In this document: positions 49,501 to 56,892 of the stretch, piece by piece
Numbering within the stretch: the first letter of the stretch is position 1
Layout of the letters: the number at the start of each line of letters is the position of its first letter
Source of the DNA: a virus
Virus record (IMG/VR): IMGVR_UViG_3300037042_001212
Coordinates: 1 to 64,000 of that record
DNA: 64,000 nt
Reading direction: 5' to 3' (one strand)
The notes under the pieces: generated by a model
Database searches by the model: none
Told to the model about the DNA's origin: nothing
What the model saw: the letters and a program-made list of their open reading frames with translations, nothing else
Position numbers and translations under genes: made by a program

Positions 49501-50016
49501 AACGCCGGTGAGGGCGGCTTCTTGGGTGATTACCGCGACTACATTACCGACCTGACCAACGGCAGAAACGCCCGGGCCACCGAGAGTCCCGGTAAACGGT
49601 ATCGTAGAGAACGGGGAATCACTGAATGCACCATCAGCACTAGACGATGCCGTGGGGACGGTAGTGGTTGGCGGAAGAGTCCCGGCACTGACCGTAGACG
49701 CAACGCCAGATAGGGCAACGGTGTAACTCAGGTTGTCTACAGCGCCAGTGGCCGCTACACCACTGATCGCTATATTAGGGTTTGGTGATGCAGTCCCAGC
49801 ATCTACGGTCGCCGTAACGCCGTTTAAACTGGTTGTGGAGGTTACGCCAAGACTGTCTACGGCACCGGTGGCCGTATTACCCGTGGCAGCTACGGATACT
49901 GACGGCGAGACTGTGCCTACCGCCCCGCTGGCGGATACGCCAGATAGAACAACAAACGCCAGTACCGCTGCTGTGGCACTGAATGGCGTTGCTGAAAACG
50001 GGGCGTCACTGAACAT
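46573..50016 (-). CDS. Long repetitive fibre protein
   Basis: 1147 aa; dozens of ~21-aa LTGVSATG.VG.V repeats, seven Phe-rich motifs, Trp-spaced C-terminal repeats. Confidence 0.8.
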   Translation of the reverse strand: MFSDAPFSATPFSATAAVLAFVVLSGVSASGAVGTVSPSVSVAATGNTATGAVDSLGVTSTTSLNGVTATVDAGTASPNPNIAISGVAATGAVDNLSYTVALSGVASTVSAGTLPPTTTVPTASSSADGAFSDSPFSTIPFTGTLGGPGVSAVGQVGNVVAVITQEAALTGVESTGGVGTVTPSTTVALTGVEATGAVGGVTGSVDVALTGVTATGQVGNTGVQVDVALTSVSATGAVGDVGYAVPISGVEASGAVGSVTANTTVDEDGVSATGDVGVVSMGERLVALSGVEETAAVGSVSPSTTLDVTGVSATGSVGDVQYAVGLSGVEATGSVGNVAPSTSVALTSVSSACAVGDITGSTSEQEDGVIATGQVGNVGTESTVGITGTEATGSVGSVSVDISVGINSGYEGAGAFSDASFSFAPFGGYAGMPLVQATGETGDVVGEKTYSISGVESTGGVGTVAPSTTVALTGVEATGAVGGVTANIDVTISGVAATGDVGSVTPSSSVTLSGVSATGEVGDVLYSVEISGVSATGSAGNVTANLSVSVTGVEATGSVGNVSAESAPALTSVDATGAAGNQSPSTTVEISAWSSIGAFSDASFSATPFGGESIPPGVYASGQVGDVEYNIVVTGVEATGDVGSLTPSTTISLTGVESTCAVGDITGSTSEQEDGVIATGQVGNVGTEATVEISGVSLATSVGSLTPSLSVPITQYISSGGFSSGAFSEDAFSGVSSYSGAVSIGEVGDVTSTFPVDITGVSTTGEVGYVTPEKDLTGVEAVSGTGTQAPSLTVPITAYVSSGGFSSGAFSETAFSGDDASSGAVARGEIGAVGAVLDITLSGVSATGEVGYVVPEEDLTGVESTGEVGSVTPSITVEINSGYAGAGAFGDSPFAFAPFSGYAGMPLVQAEGQVGDIEASTPVTLIGVEATGEAGTPEVSVTVALTGVFASGEVGTVEGGQLLSGVQLVGSVGDFGVFLTVALSGVSAAGEVGGVQVVYGATLTGVFATGAVGFVFAPPPWELISDNQTPNWQNIGTSGGSGWTPVGVTQSAGWSLVAAGPDGSWTAVSTTQAVSWSMIDPSGSTTWSPVGTAQGSGWSTIQGSGGSGWVNIPNTQSAAWSTATTPSADDWEDIDTQQQPDWEVTET

Positions 50017-50047
50017 ACGCTACACGGGGTTCCCCCCGCGCCCCGGG

Positions 50048-50506
50048 TTACGCGAGGCGAATAAGAGCAGTCGCCGCTGCGTTGGCTGGCATCGTCAGCG
50101 TGAACGTACCGGCAGTCACCGTCTGCGAACCAAACGTATGAACGCTCACTGCGCGGTTGCCCTGCGTGTTGTTATAGATCAGCACCGCATCAAACGCGGT
50201 AGTCAGCGTCACGGTCGTGTAGGTAATGCTGCCCGTTGGCGTAGTGAACCCGGTTGTGCCGCTGGTTGACGGAGCGTTCCATGCGCCGGTAGTAACGCCA
50301 CCAGCCGTGTAGCCAGTGCCCGACACTTCGCTGGTAGCCGTGTAAGCCGTGGCGGTAGCGTTCATCGTGGCTGATGCTAGATACAGTGCCGCTTTAAACG
50401 CGTCAGCCGTATTGAGAGTATGCGCGGGGTTGGCTGCGCTAAAGTTGTGATAAGCGTTCAGGAGTTCACCCTTGAACGAAGTTGCCATTGCTTGGGTATT
50501 TGCCAT
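50048..50506 (-). CDS. Fibre subunit, GYTAGG family (paralog 1)
   Basis: FK.AL Y...EVSGTGYTAGG...LIY...ALIRLA. Confidence 0.75.
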   Translation of the reverse strand: MANTQAMATSFKGELLNAYHNFSAANPAHTLNTADAFKAALYLASATMNATATAYTATSEVSGTGYTAGGVTTGAWNAPSTSGTTGFTTPTGSITYTTVTLTTAFDAVLIYNNTQGNRAVSVHTFGSQTVTAGTFTLTMPANAAATALIRLA

Positions 50507-50525
50507 TGCGGTTTCCTTTTTTAAA

Positions 50526-50720
50526 TTAGGCGATCATTGCTGCAACGCCATCTGCCAAAACATTCTTTTTAAGAACAACATGAACAGAGCGGTGAACAAG
50601 TTCACCTTCAAGCCAGTATTCAATCCATTGAGTCATCTCATGATCGTTATCGATCATGCCTTCTTTTTTCTCAAGAAGTGACTCGTCCATCTCGCCTTTT
50701 GTCGTTGTCACTATTGCCAT
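50526..50720 (-). CDS. Small conserved virion-cluster protein
   Basis: TTKGEMDESLL...EYWLEGELVHRSVHV. Confidence 0.7.
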   Translation of the reverse strand: MAIVTTTKGEMDESLLEKKEGMIDNDHEMTQWIEYWLEGELVHRSVHVVLKKNVLADGVAAMIA

Positions 50721-51444
50721 ATGTCGCCTCTTTAATTACTGGAACAGCCGAACCTTCAAACAAATACGACCCAGCATGGCCGAGCCGAACCCAAGGAGCA
50801 ACGTGTATTTTAATCCCGTTCTGTCTGCACAGGTAGCAAAACGCGTAGTCTTCCGAAAGCTGCCTCCCGGTCTCCGGGTCTTTCATAAGAAAGAAGAAGC
50901 TGTTTACGGTCTTCTCGCTGGTACTGTCAACGTAGGTATCTGTGTGGGGCGCTAGAGCCTCAAAAACAGACCGCTTAATCAGCATAAACCCCGTGCCAGC
51001 GCCAAAAACTTCAGCGGGGTCATTGACGCTGACCACCCGCTCCTTCTCGTTGTTCAGCAGGTTTACCACCAGCGTTCCAGTATACCGAGACAGATCATCC
51101 GGCCCCGCGCCAGCCAGCGCCATCTTATGAACCATATGCCAGTTGATTTCCTTCTTGGGGTATACCCCGGCGATCACATCCTTGTCGGCCTGCAGCATCT
51201 TCCAAATATCGGCAGCGTCAAATTTGATGTCCGCATCGATGAAAATCATGTGGGTGAAGTCATGCTGCAACAGGATTGCGGCAAGCTGATCCCGGGCGCT
51301 GGTGATCAAGCTGTTGTTGTAGATGTAAGCGAACGCAACATCAACGCCGTGTCCGTTAAGGGTCGGGATGATGCCAAGAGACGAGCGTGCGTATTCACCC
51401 GCACACATCCCACCAAACATCGGCGTAGCCACAAGGAGTTTCAT
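50671..51444 (-). CDS. GT-A fold glycosyltransferase-like protein
   Basis: ATPMFGG, SLITSAR, FIDAD (DxD), GTGFMLI, SED..FC, LGH.G. Confidence 0.8.
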   Translation of the reverse strand: MKLLVATPMFGGMCAGEYARSSLGIIPTLNGHGVDVAFAYIYNNSLITSARDQLAAILLQHDFTHMIFIDADIKFDAADIWKMLQADKDVIAGVYPKKEINWHMVHKMALAGAGPDDLSRYTGTLVVNLLNNEKERVVSVNDPAEVFGAGTGFMLIKRSVFEALAPHTDTYVDSTSEKTVNSFFFLMKDPETGRQLSEDYAFCYLCRQNGIKIHVAPWVRLGHAGSYLFEGSAVPVIKEATYGNSDNDKRRDGRVTS

Positions 51445-51887
51445 GCAAGCCTCAGAATCGCTGAAGTGCTGGATGCTGTCGGGAACTGCACTTGGAACGT
51501 GGTCGTTGAGGTCTTGTCAGAACCGAAGTCTAGAACAAAAACCGCAGGGTTGGTCGTGCCGTTAAACTTGTAAACCAGCGCTCCGCGAGCGGTGATAGCA
51601 CCAGACCACGACGCATTCGAGAAAGAGATATACGCTGAAGCACCGCTTCCGGTCTGAGCCCCGATGGTCGGCACTTGGCTGATGGTCAGGGTCGCACCAC
51701 CTGCGGTGTACCCGGAGTCAGTAACCTCACCCGTAACGGTGTAGGCGGTCGTGTCGGAGTCCAGTGTCGCAGCGTTGGTATACAGCGCGATCTTGTAGAC
51801 ATCAGTCGTGCCTGTGCCGAAGTCGTAGGTGCCGTCCAACAGGCCGGTCTTGAATACGTTACACGCTGCATTTCCGGTAAAGGCCAT
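51441..51887 (-). CDS. Fibre subunit, GYTAGG family (paralog 2)
   Basis: YKIALYT...EV..SGYTAGG...ARGALVY...AILRLA. Confidence 0.75.
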   Translation of the reverse strand: MAFTGNAACNVFKTGLLDGTYDFGTGTTDVYKIALYTNAATLDSDTTAYTVTGEVTDSGYTAGGATLTISQVPTIGAQTGSGASAYISFSNASWSGAITARGALVYKFNGTTNPAVFVLDFGSDKTSTTTFQVQFPTASSTSAILRLA

Positions 51888-51888
51888 A

Positions 51889-52593
51889 TCAGCTTACAGG
51901 GACGCGAGGCGTCCCGCTCCGGTATTGATCTTGCTTCTCCATGCCATCACCAAGGCGCTTTGCCATCATCAACGAGTCCTGATACTTCTTCTCGTAGGTG
52001 GTAATCATGTCGGCCTCACCTTTCATAAAGGTGTACGCCTCCACCAGAGAGCCATACAGCAGCACCGGATCAAAGTTCTCAGCAAGCCAGCTATTGCCAC
52101 TTGCCGCGACCGTGATGGACTCGGGCACATAATAGTAATGTAGCTCCACCACATAGGCAGCGTCAGGCGTAGGCCCAAGAAGGAACGTCAGTTCAGTCTC
52201 GTCCGTGGATAGCGGGCCGAACATGGAGTAATACTGCGGTAGGCCAGTAACAGCTGGAACCGGAAATGCCGCACGGATAAAGCTCACATCCTTGTTCAAC
52301 AAGAACTCATAAGCCCCGGTGCCATCCACCACCGCCATCGAAAAGACGGCGAGGAAGTCTGTCGGACAGTTCAGATACTTGTTGCTGGCCGTAGTAGAGC
52401 CGGTAACATTTTTCCGCAGTGCGGGGAACAGGACGGTGTTGTAGATTCGCTGTTCGGCCTGCGTGATGAAGATGTTGATCTGCTCGGCACTGGTGATGGC
52501 GACCGTCGATCCGGTGCTACCAGTAAAGCTGGTAGTTGGGAACTCATTCTCAAGATATCCCTTGATCGTTGTAAACAGTGTCGAGTAGTTCAT
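51889..52593 (-). CDS. Head-tail adaptor-like protein
   Basis: MNY..L...I..Y.E, FITQAEQRI, G.PQYY, GPTPD..Y.VEL.Y, LLYG.L.EA. Confidence 0.7.
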   Translation of the reverse strand: MNYSTLFTTIKGYLENEFPTTSFTGSTGSTVAITSAEQINIFITQAEQRIYNTVLFPALRKNVTGSTTASNKYLNCPTDFLAVFSMAVVDGTGAYEFLLNKDVSFIRAAFPVPAVTGLPQYYSMFGPLSTDETELTFLLGPTPDAAYVVELHYYYVPESITVAASGNSWLAENFDPVLLYGSLVEAYTFMKGEADMITTYEKKYQDSLMMAKRLGDGMEKQDQYRSGTPRVPVS

Positions 52594-52601
52594 GCTTCAC
52601 C

Positions 52602-52796
52602 TCACGCCATCGGGCCGCGAGCGGTAGTCCCTTTGGTAGCCGCACCGTTGCCACGAGTCTTGATACCCGAAGACTTCGGCTCGGCGTAACCCTTGCTGCT
52701 CAGATTAGCAACGGAGACCCGCAGGTCGTTGATGGTCTTCTGATTGTCAGCAGCGCCAACCTTGACAGGGGCTACTTTCTTGATCTTGTCCATCAT
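52602..52796 (-). CDS. Small basic virion-cluster protein
   Basis: GIKTRGNGAATKG...RGPMA. Confidence 0.65.
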   Translation of the reverse strand: MMDKIKKVAPVKVGAADNQKTINDLRVSVANLSSKGYAEPKSSGIKTRGNGAATKGTTARGPMA

Positions 52797-52939
52797 TTGC
52801 CCCTTTGGTTTTTGGCACGAGCCATGTTGCGGCCAACAGCCTTCATTGCCGCCGAGGTCACGCCACCCTTCTTAAAGGTCGCGGTCTTGCCCGGATGCAT
52901 GTTCTTTTCGTGCTTTGTGACTGCTTTCTTTGCGTCCAT
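52793..52939 (-). CDS. Small basic protein (48 aa, not in ORF track)
   Basis: AGGAG RBS; MDAKKAVTKHEKNMHPGKTATFKKGGVTSAAMKAVGRNMARAKNQRGK; ATGA-coupled to the next gene. Confidence 0.75.
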   Translation of the reverse strand: MDAKKAVTKHEKNMHPGKTATFKKGGVTSAAMKAVGRNMARAKNQRGK

Positions 52940-52948
52940 GTGGTTCTC

Positions 52949-53329
52949 CTAGGTAACCGCTATTGTAACCGTGCCAATACTAACCGTTAAAGCCAAATTA
53001 TTTGGGGTCAACGCCGCATTAGAGCCGCCCACCGGGTTCCAGCCCCACTGGATGATCCTGCTACCCCCGCTAGGGTATCCATCGCCCCCTACCCCGGACG
53101 TTACATAGCTCGTATCAGGGCGGGGGTTGCGTACAGCCTGTGGGTCGTTGACCGGATATAGACCCAGCGACAACTGCGGCTGGTCAGGCTCCCAGCATGT
53201 CGGGCAAACGAGGATATTGGTTATTTTCGTCTTGATCGTTAGCGGCTTCAGCGCAGTCAATTTATACCGGAACCCGCACCTATCGCACTCGGCTATGGAA
53301 TTTCTAGCACTGGCAAATTGATTGGGCAT
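52949..53329 (-). CDS. Zinc-binding neck-region protein
   Basis: CDRCGFRY...VCPTCWEPDQPQ...DPQA..NPRPD. Confidence 0.75.
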   Translation of the reverse strand: MPNQFASARNSIAECDRCGFRYKLTALKPLTIKTKITNILVCPTCWEPDQPQLSLGLYPVNDPQAVRNPRPDTSYVTSGVGGDGYPSGGSRIIQWGWNPVGGSNAALTPNNLALTVSIGTVTIAVT

Positions 53330-53332
53330 TCC

Positions 53333-54055
53333 CTACCCTATGAACATCTGGCGCGGAACAAAGCGCACCGGAGCCTTCTCCCGGTCTTCTTCGGCGGCAA
53401 GGGCAAACTGTTGCTCATAGTCAGCCTTCAGCTCCATCCGCCGCCCCGGGTCTACATTCGGCAGCTTCATGGACAGGTAGTAGGCCAAACCCGCCACCAT
53501 GCACGGAAGGAACCGGAAGGGGATGTCTTGCCCGTTGATGCCGTTGCCAGCGTCCTGCATACGCCGCAGCCGCCAGTAGACAAAGGTGTAGGTCTGGGAG
53601 TTGTCGGGAGTCGGCCAGACGTGAATCTGGGGGTACTCGACGACGTTGGTGGAGTCCGTTGCCCCGGTCTTGCGCTGGAACCACAGCTGAATCGGGCGAC
53701 CCGTAGCGTTCTTGTTCGGGATCGTGGCGTAGGTCGAAACGCTGATCCGGGAGATGTTGATGTCCGTCTGGTTGGTGCCGGTGCCGGTGCGGATAACGTG
53801 ATCCAGAAGGTCAATGGTGTCCACCGGCATGTCGTAATCTGCCGTTCCGGAAGTCAGCACCTGCGACCCCTGCTCAATAGTCCACAGGTTAATGCCGCGA
53901 TTGGCCCACTCGATGGTCAACAGGTTAAGCGACCGCCGCGCAGTGCGTAGATCGTAGCCGGAGCGGAGTTCCGCCCCGCAGCGCTCGAACGACTCCTCAA
54001 CCAGCTGGTTCAGGTCAAGGTTGAACGCGGTTGTATCAGTGGTTTTCAGGGCCAT
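53333..54055 (-). CDS. Head-tail connector/adaptor protein
   Basis: ARRSLNLL..EWANRGINLW, GRP, WPTPD, P.RFL....AGLAYY. Confidence 0.75.
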   Translation of the reverse strand: MALKTTDTTAFNLDLNQLVEESFERCGAELRSGYDLRTARRSLNLLTIEWANRGINLWTIEQGSQVLTSGTADYDMPVDTIDLLDHVIRTGTGTNQTDINISRISVSTYATIPNKNATGRPIQLWFQRKTGATDSTNVVEYPQIHVWPTPDNSQTYTFVYWRLRRMQDAGNGINGQDIPFRFLPCMVAGLAYYLSMKLPNVDPGRRMELKADYEQQFALAAEEDREKAPVRFVPRQMFIG

Positions 54056-54288
54056 TATCTATATCCCGCTGTTTTTCTAGCTACGCTCTTGGGTTGAGCT
54101 ACAAATTGCTTACCTGCTGCCTTGCCTTTGCGTTTAGCCTTGGTAGTAGCAGCATACTCAGCGGGACTGAGAGCCTTGATAGCGGCTTCCGGCAAATACC
54201 GCTCCCCGGTCTTACTGGAGGGCTTACCTGACTTAGTGCGCCATTTCTGGTCGCCCCAACTCTTAAGGGATTGCTGAGGGGCTTTCAT
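54055..54288 (-). CDS. Small basic protein (DUF5872-like C-terminal half)
   Basis: QQSLKSW..QKWRT...ERYLP..A...LS..EYAAT..AKR. Confidence 0.7.
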   Translation of the reverse strand: MKAPQQSLKSWGDQKWRTKSGKPSSKTGERYLPEAAIKALSPAEYAATTKAKRKGKAAGKQFVAQPKSVARKTAGYR

Positions 54289-54875
54289 CCTTTGTACCCG
54301 CCGCCCTTGGCCTTGTAATTCTTTGCCAACAGCTGTGCCTTACGAGCACTCCACTGACCTGCACCCGTACCCTGCACCGCCCGAGCCTTGATGCTTTTGA
54401 ACATCGACTCGCGCATACCGGGTTTAGTGTAGTTGCCTGCCTGATTAACTTTAGATTTGGTAGTTGCGCCGCCGGACTTAAACCGCTTGTTATACACCAC
54501 GCCTGCACCCGTAGCCCGGCCCGTTAGTTTATGGTCTTCGGGCTTGACAACGAACCCTTGAATGTAGGGAGATAGAGTAGCGTTTATGCCTACCGGCATG
54601 TCGTAACTTAGACGCCCGCCCACACTTGTCGCGTACTTATCTTTGCCACCACTGCCTTCAAAACGGAGGCCAGAAGGGTTATCACGACGTTGTTTTCGTT
54701 CTTCTACATCCTGCGCCATATCCTTCTTGTCGGACTTGCCGCCCTCGTTAAAGCGCCGCACCTTGCCGCCCTTCTTGTAGAGCTTTACAGGCTCGTCCCC
54801 ATCCCGCTTCTTCACGGTCCGGGTTCTGGGCATTTTACTGGGGGCAATCGCCCCCATGCCGCGAGAGGGGCGCAT
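54285..54875 (-). CDS. Basic modular protein with GG motifs, a beta-rich insert and a DUF5872-like N-terminal half
   Basis: YKKGG, FNEGG, FKSGG; NYTKP.MR...GQWSARKAQLLA..YK..GGGY. Confidence 0.75.
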   Translation of the reverse strand: MRPSRGMGAIAPSKMPRTRTVKKRDGDEPVKLYKKGGKVRRFNEGGKSDKKDMAQDVEERKQRRDNPSGLRFEGSGGKDKYATSVGGRLSYDMPVGINATLSPYIQGFVVKPEDHKLTGRATGAGVVYNKRFKSGGATTKSKVNQAGNYTKPGMRESMFKSIKARAVQGTGAGQWSARKAQLLAKNYKAKGGGYKG

Positions 54876-55129
54876 CAGCAGGCCCGACCGCCCTTAGCCA
54901 TCTTGACCATCGTACCCTTGGTTTTGCCGCGAGACTCAATACCGCCGCCCTTGGCGAACTTCGGGGTCTTCTCTTCATCCTTTTTCTTGAAAAGGAAAAA
55001 CGGTTTCTTGCCCGACTTTTTTTCAGCTTTCATGTTCCCACCTTTCGACTTGGTTGACTCAAATGGCATGTCAAGCTTCCCATGCGCGGTGTCGGGTCGG
55101 TTGATCTTGGCTTGAGTGCTGGCACCCAT
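54875..55129 (-). CDS. Small basic protein with GG motifs
   Basis: FAKGG, MAKGG, GIESRGKTKG. Confidence 0.7.
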   Translation of the reverse strand: MGASTQAKINRPDTAHGKLDMPFESTKSKGGNMKAEKKSGKKPFFLFKKKDEEKTPKFAKGGGIESRGKTKGTMVKMAKGGRAC

Positions 55130-55437
55130 CAGATCATCCGGCCCTTGGTCTTGCCCTTGGTCGCAATGCCGTCAGCGCGGCGGGATGCGGAGGATTTTAT
55201 GGAACCACCCTTCTTGAACAGCTTACCCTTGCCCATTTCAGTTCGGGTCGTTGGAGCGGTTTTGTAACCCTTATCTGTCAACCTATCCATTTCTCGGTAC
55301 GCAGCGTCAAGCTCTGGGACAGGTTTCCCCGCCTTTCGATCCGCTTCCAAAGCGCGAATCCGGTCTTCCAATGGTAGTTTAGGCGCAGGCGGGGGTGTGG
55401 GCGCGGGTGTAGATTTATCAGCCATATCATTCTCCAT
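55129..55437 (-). CDS. Small basic protein with GG motif
   Basis: FKKGG...ASRRADGIATKGKTKGRMI. Confidence 0.7.
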   Translation of the reverse strand: MENDMADKSTPAPTPPPAPKLPLEDRIRALEADRKAGKPVPELDAAYREMDRLTDKGYKTAPTTRTEMGKGKLFKKGGSIKSSASRRADGIATKGKTKGRMI

Positions 55438-55446
55438 TTGCTTCGT

Positions 55447-55638
55447 TCATATTGATTTATCCCTAACAAATAGTTTACTGATGGGTTTGCCCGAGACCAT
55501 CTCGATAATCCGCATACCTGTCCAGATGATACTAAACAGCGCCGCGATGGCAGGCAACATCTCAAAAAAAGCACCGAACGCTGTAAAGATTGAAGCGGCG
55601 TCAATGAGTGACTTTACTTGATCCGTGGGTTCCGTCAT
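55447..55638 (-). CDS. Small membrane protein (holin-like)
   Basis: LPAIAALFSIIWTGMRI hydrophobic segment. Confidence 0.65.
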   Translation of the reverse strand: MTEPTDQVKSLIDAASIFTAFGAFFEMLPAIAALFSIIWTGMRIIEMVSGKPISKLFVRDKSI

Positions 55639-55639
55639 G

Positions 55640-55888
55640 TCAGCATTTCCATGCTCGAAGGCTCTTGTTAATTCTGCTGTTCGGGTCGTTCGCGGTCTTC
55701 TTGGAAGTCAGCTTCTTTTTCATACCGGACATTCTGGCACAGAAGCTGTCTTTCCTTGAGCCACCCTCGGGCTGCGGCGCTTTCAATCCGGGCTTTCCGG
55801 GATTGGCCGCGTTGTAAGAAGCCCTCCCTCTCGCGTTCAGACCACCCTTGGGGTTCTTGCCTTCTTTTCTTGTCCATGCTTGTGTCAA
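55640..55888 (-). CDS. Small basic protein (DUF6321-like)
   Basis: Probable TTG start at 55888 (GGAG RBS, TTGA overlap); AWTRKEGKNPKGGLN..GR...SFCARM...SLRAWKC. Confidence 0.75.
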   Translation of the reverse strand: MTQAWTRKEGKNPKGGLNARGRASYNAANPGKPGLKAPQPEGGSRKDSFCARMSGMKKKLTSKKTANDPNSRINKSLRAWKC

Positions 55889-56073
55889 TTTCCGCTCCAA
55901 ACTGGTTTCGGGTAAACGTCTTCCGTTTCTTCTACGAGGCCGCACTTGTCGCAAACATGGGTGAACGGCTTATCCTTATACTTAACACTGAACTTGTGCT
56001 GGAACTCACCGCCACAGTCACACATCAGGCGCTCTACCACCCAAGTAATCGGGGATACTGTTACGTTGCTCAC
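55885..56073 (-). CDS. Zinc-ribbon protein
   Basis: CDCGG...HVCDKCG...YP; coupled at both ends. Confidence 0.7.
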   Translation of the reverse strand: MSNVTVSPITWVVERLMCDCGGEFQHKFSVKYKDKPFTHVCDKCGLVEETEDVYPKPVWSGN

Positions 56074-56822
56074 GCCGCGTCACTCATGGTTTGCTGCGAG
56101 ATCATGGACGGGTACAGCACGTCAGCACCAAAGTCGCTCTTATGCTCAATCACACCCATGTGACCCAGCTTGATAGTCGGGTCAACCCACACCTCAAACC
56201 CAGCCTCACGCGCACGATCACAGAAGAGGAAGTCCTCGCCAATCATGCCTTCAGGGGTAACCAAGAAGTCAAAGAAGCTGTAGAGCGTTTGCGGGCTGTT
56301 GGTATCCATATGCTTCCACTCAGGATGCTGTTCCGCCAGCGTGGTGAAGACTTGCTTCTGGATCATCATAAACCCAGTGGCCACGCGGAAAGCCCTAACA
56401 AGACCGTCTTCGTCCATCGTGACTTTGCCGCGAGCGCCGTTGATTCCGTCACCACCATCCAGCGACAGGATGTAGGTCTTCGGTTCTTTGCGGGCTAAGT
56501 AAGCACCGGCAACAATCCCACGGGTCTGGCCCCATGCCATCAACCGAATGACTGACTCAGGCTCAAACGTCATGTCCGCATCGATGAACATCAGGTGATC
56601 ACAATCAGACTCCAAGAACTGCTTGGCAATGACGTTACGCGCACGGGAGACAACAGAACAACCACAGATGCTATTCACCTGTATATCAATCCCGTGCTGC
56701 AACACGATCTGGCTGAGTTTCATCAACGAAACCGCCATGCTTACAGTTACTTTATGATCGTAAGCCGGAAGGCCAATCATCAGCTTCTTACCGGCCAGAT
56801 TAAACCCTTTGTTGGTTTGCAT
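56070..56822 (-). CDS. GT-A fold glycosyltransferase-like protein (second paralog)
   Basis: PAY, SVVSRARN, FIDAD, ATGFMMI, GED..FC, LGHMG. Confidence 0.8.
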   Translation of the reverse strand: MQTNKGFNLAGKKLMIGLPAYDHKVTVSMAVSLMKLSQIVLQHGIDIQVNSICGCSVVSRARNVIAKQFLESDCDHLMFIDADMTFEPESVIRLMAWGQTRGIVAGAYLARKEPKTYILSLDGGDGINGARGKVTMDEDGLVRAFRVATGFMMIQKQVFTTLAEQHPEWKHMDTNSPQTLYSFFDFLVTPEGMIGEDFLFCDRAREAGFEVWVDPTIKLGHMGVIEHKSDFGADVLYPSMISQQTMSDAA

Positions 56823-56859
56823 TGCGTTCCTATTTCGCAGGGGGGTAGTGTGCGTCCAT

Positions 56860-56887
56860 ATTATCCGTATTTCGAGCTAAGTTGCAA
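56860..56887 (-). promoter_or_regulatory. Possible sigma70-like promoter for the glycosyltransferase
   Basis: TTGCAA-N16-GATAAT on the minus strand, in the intergenic gap. Confidence 0.35.
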
Positions 56888-56892
56888 CCCGC

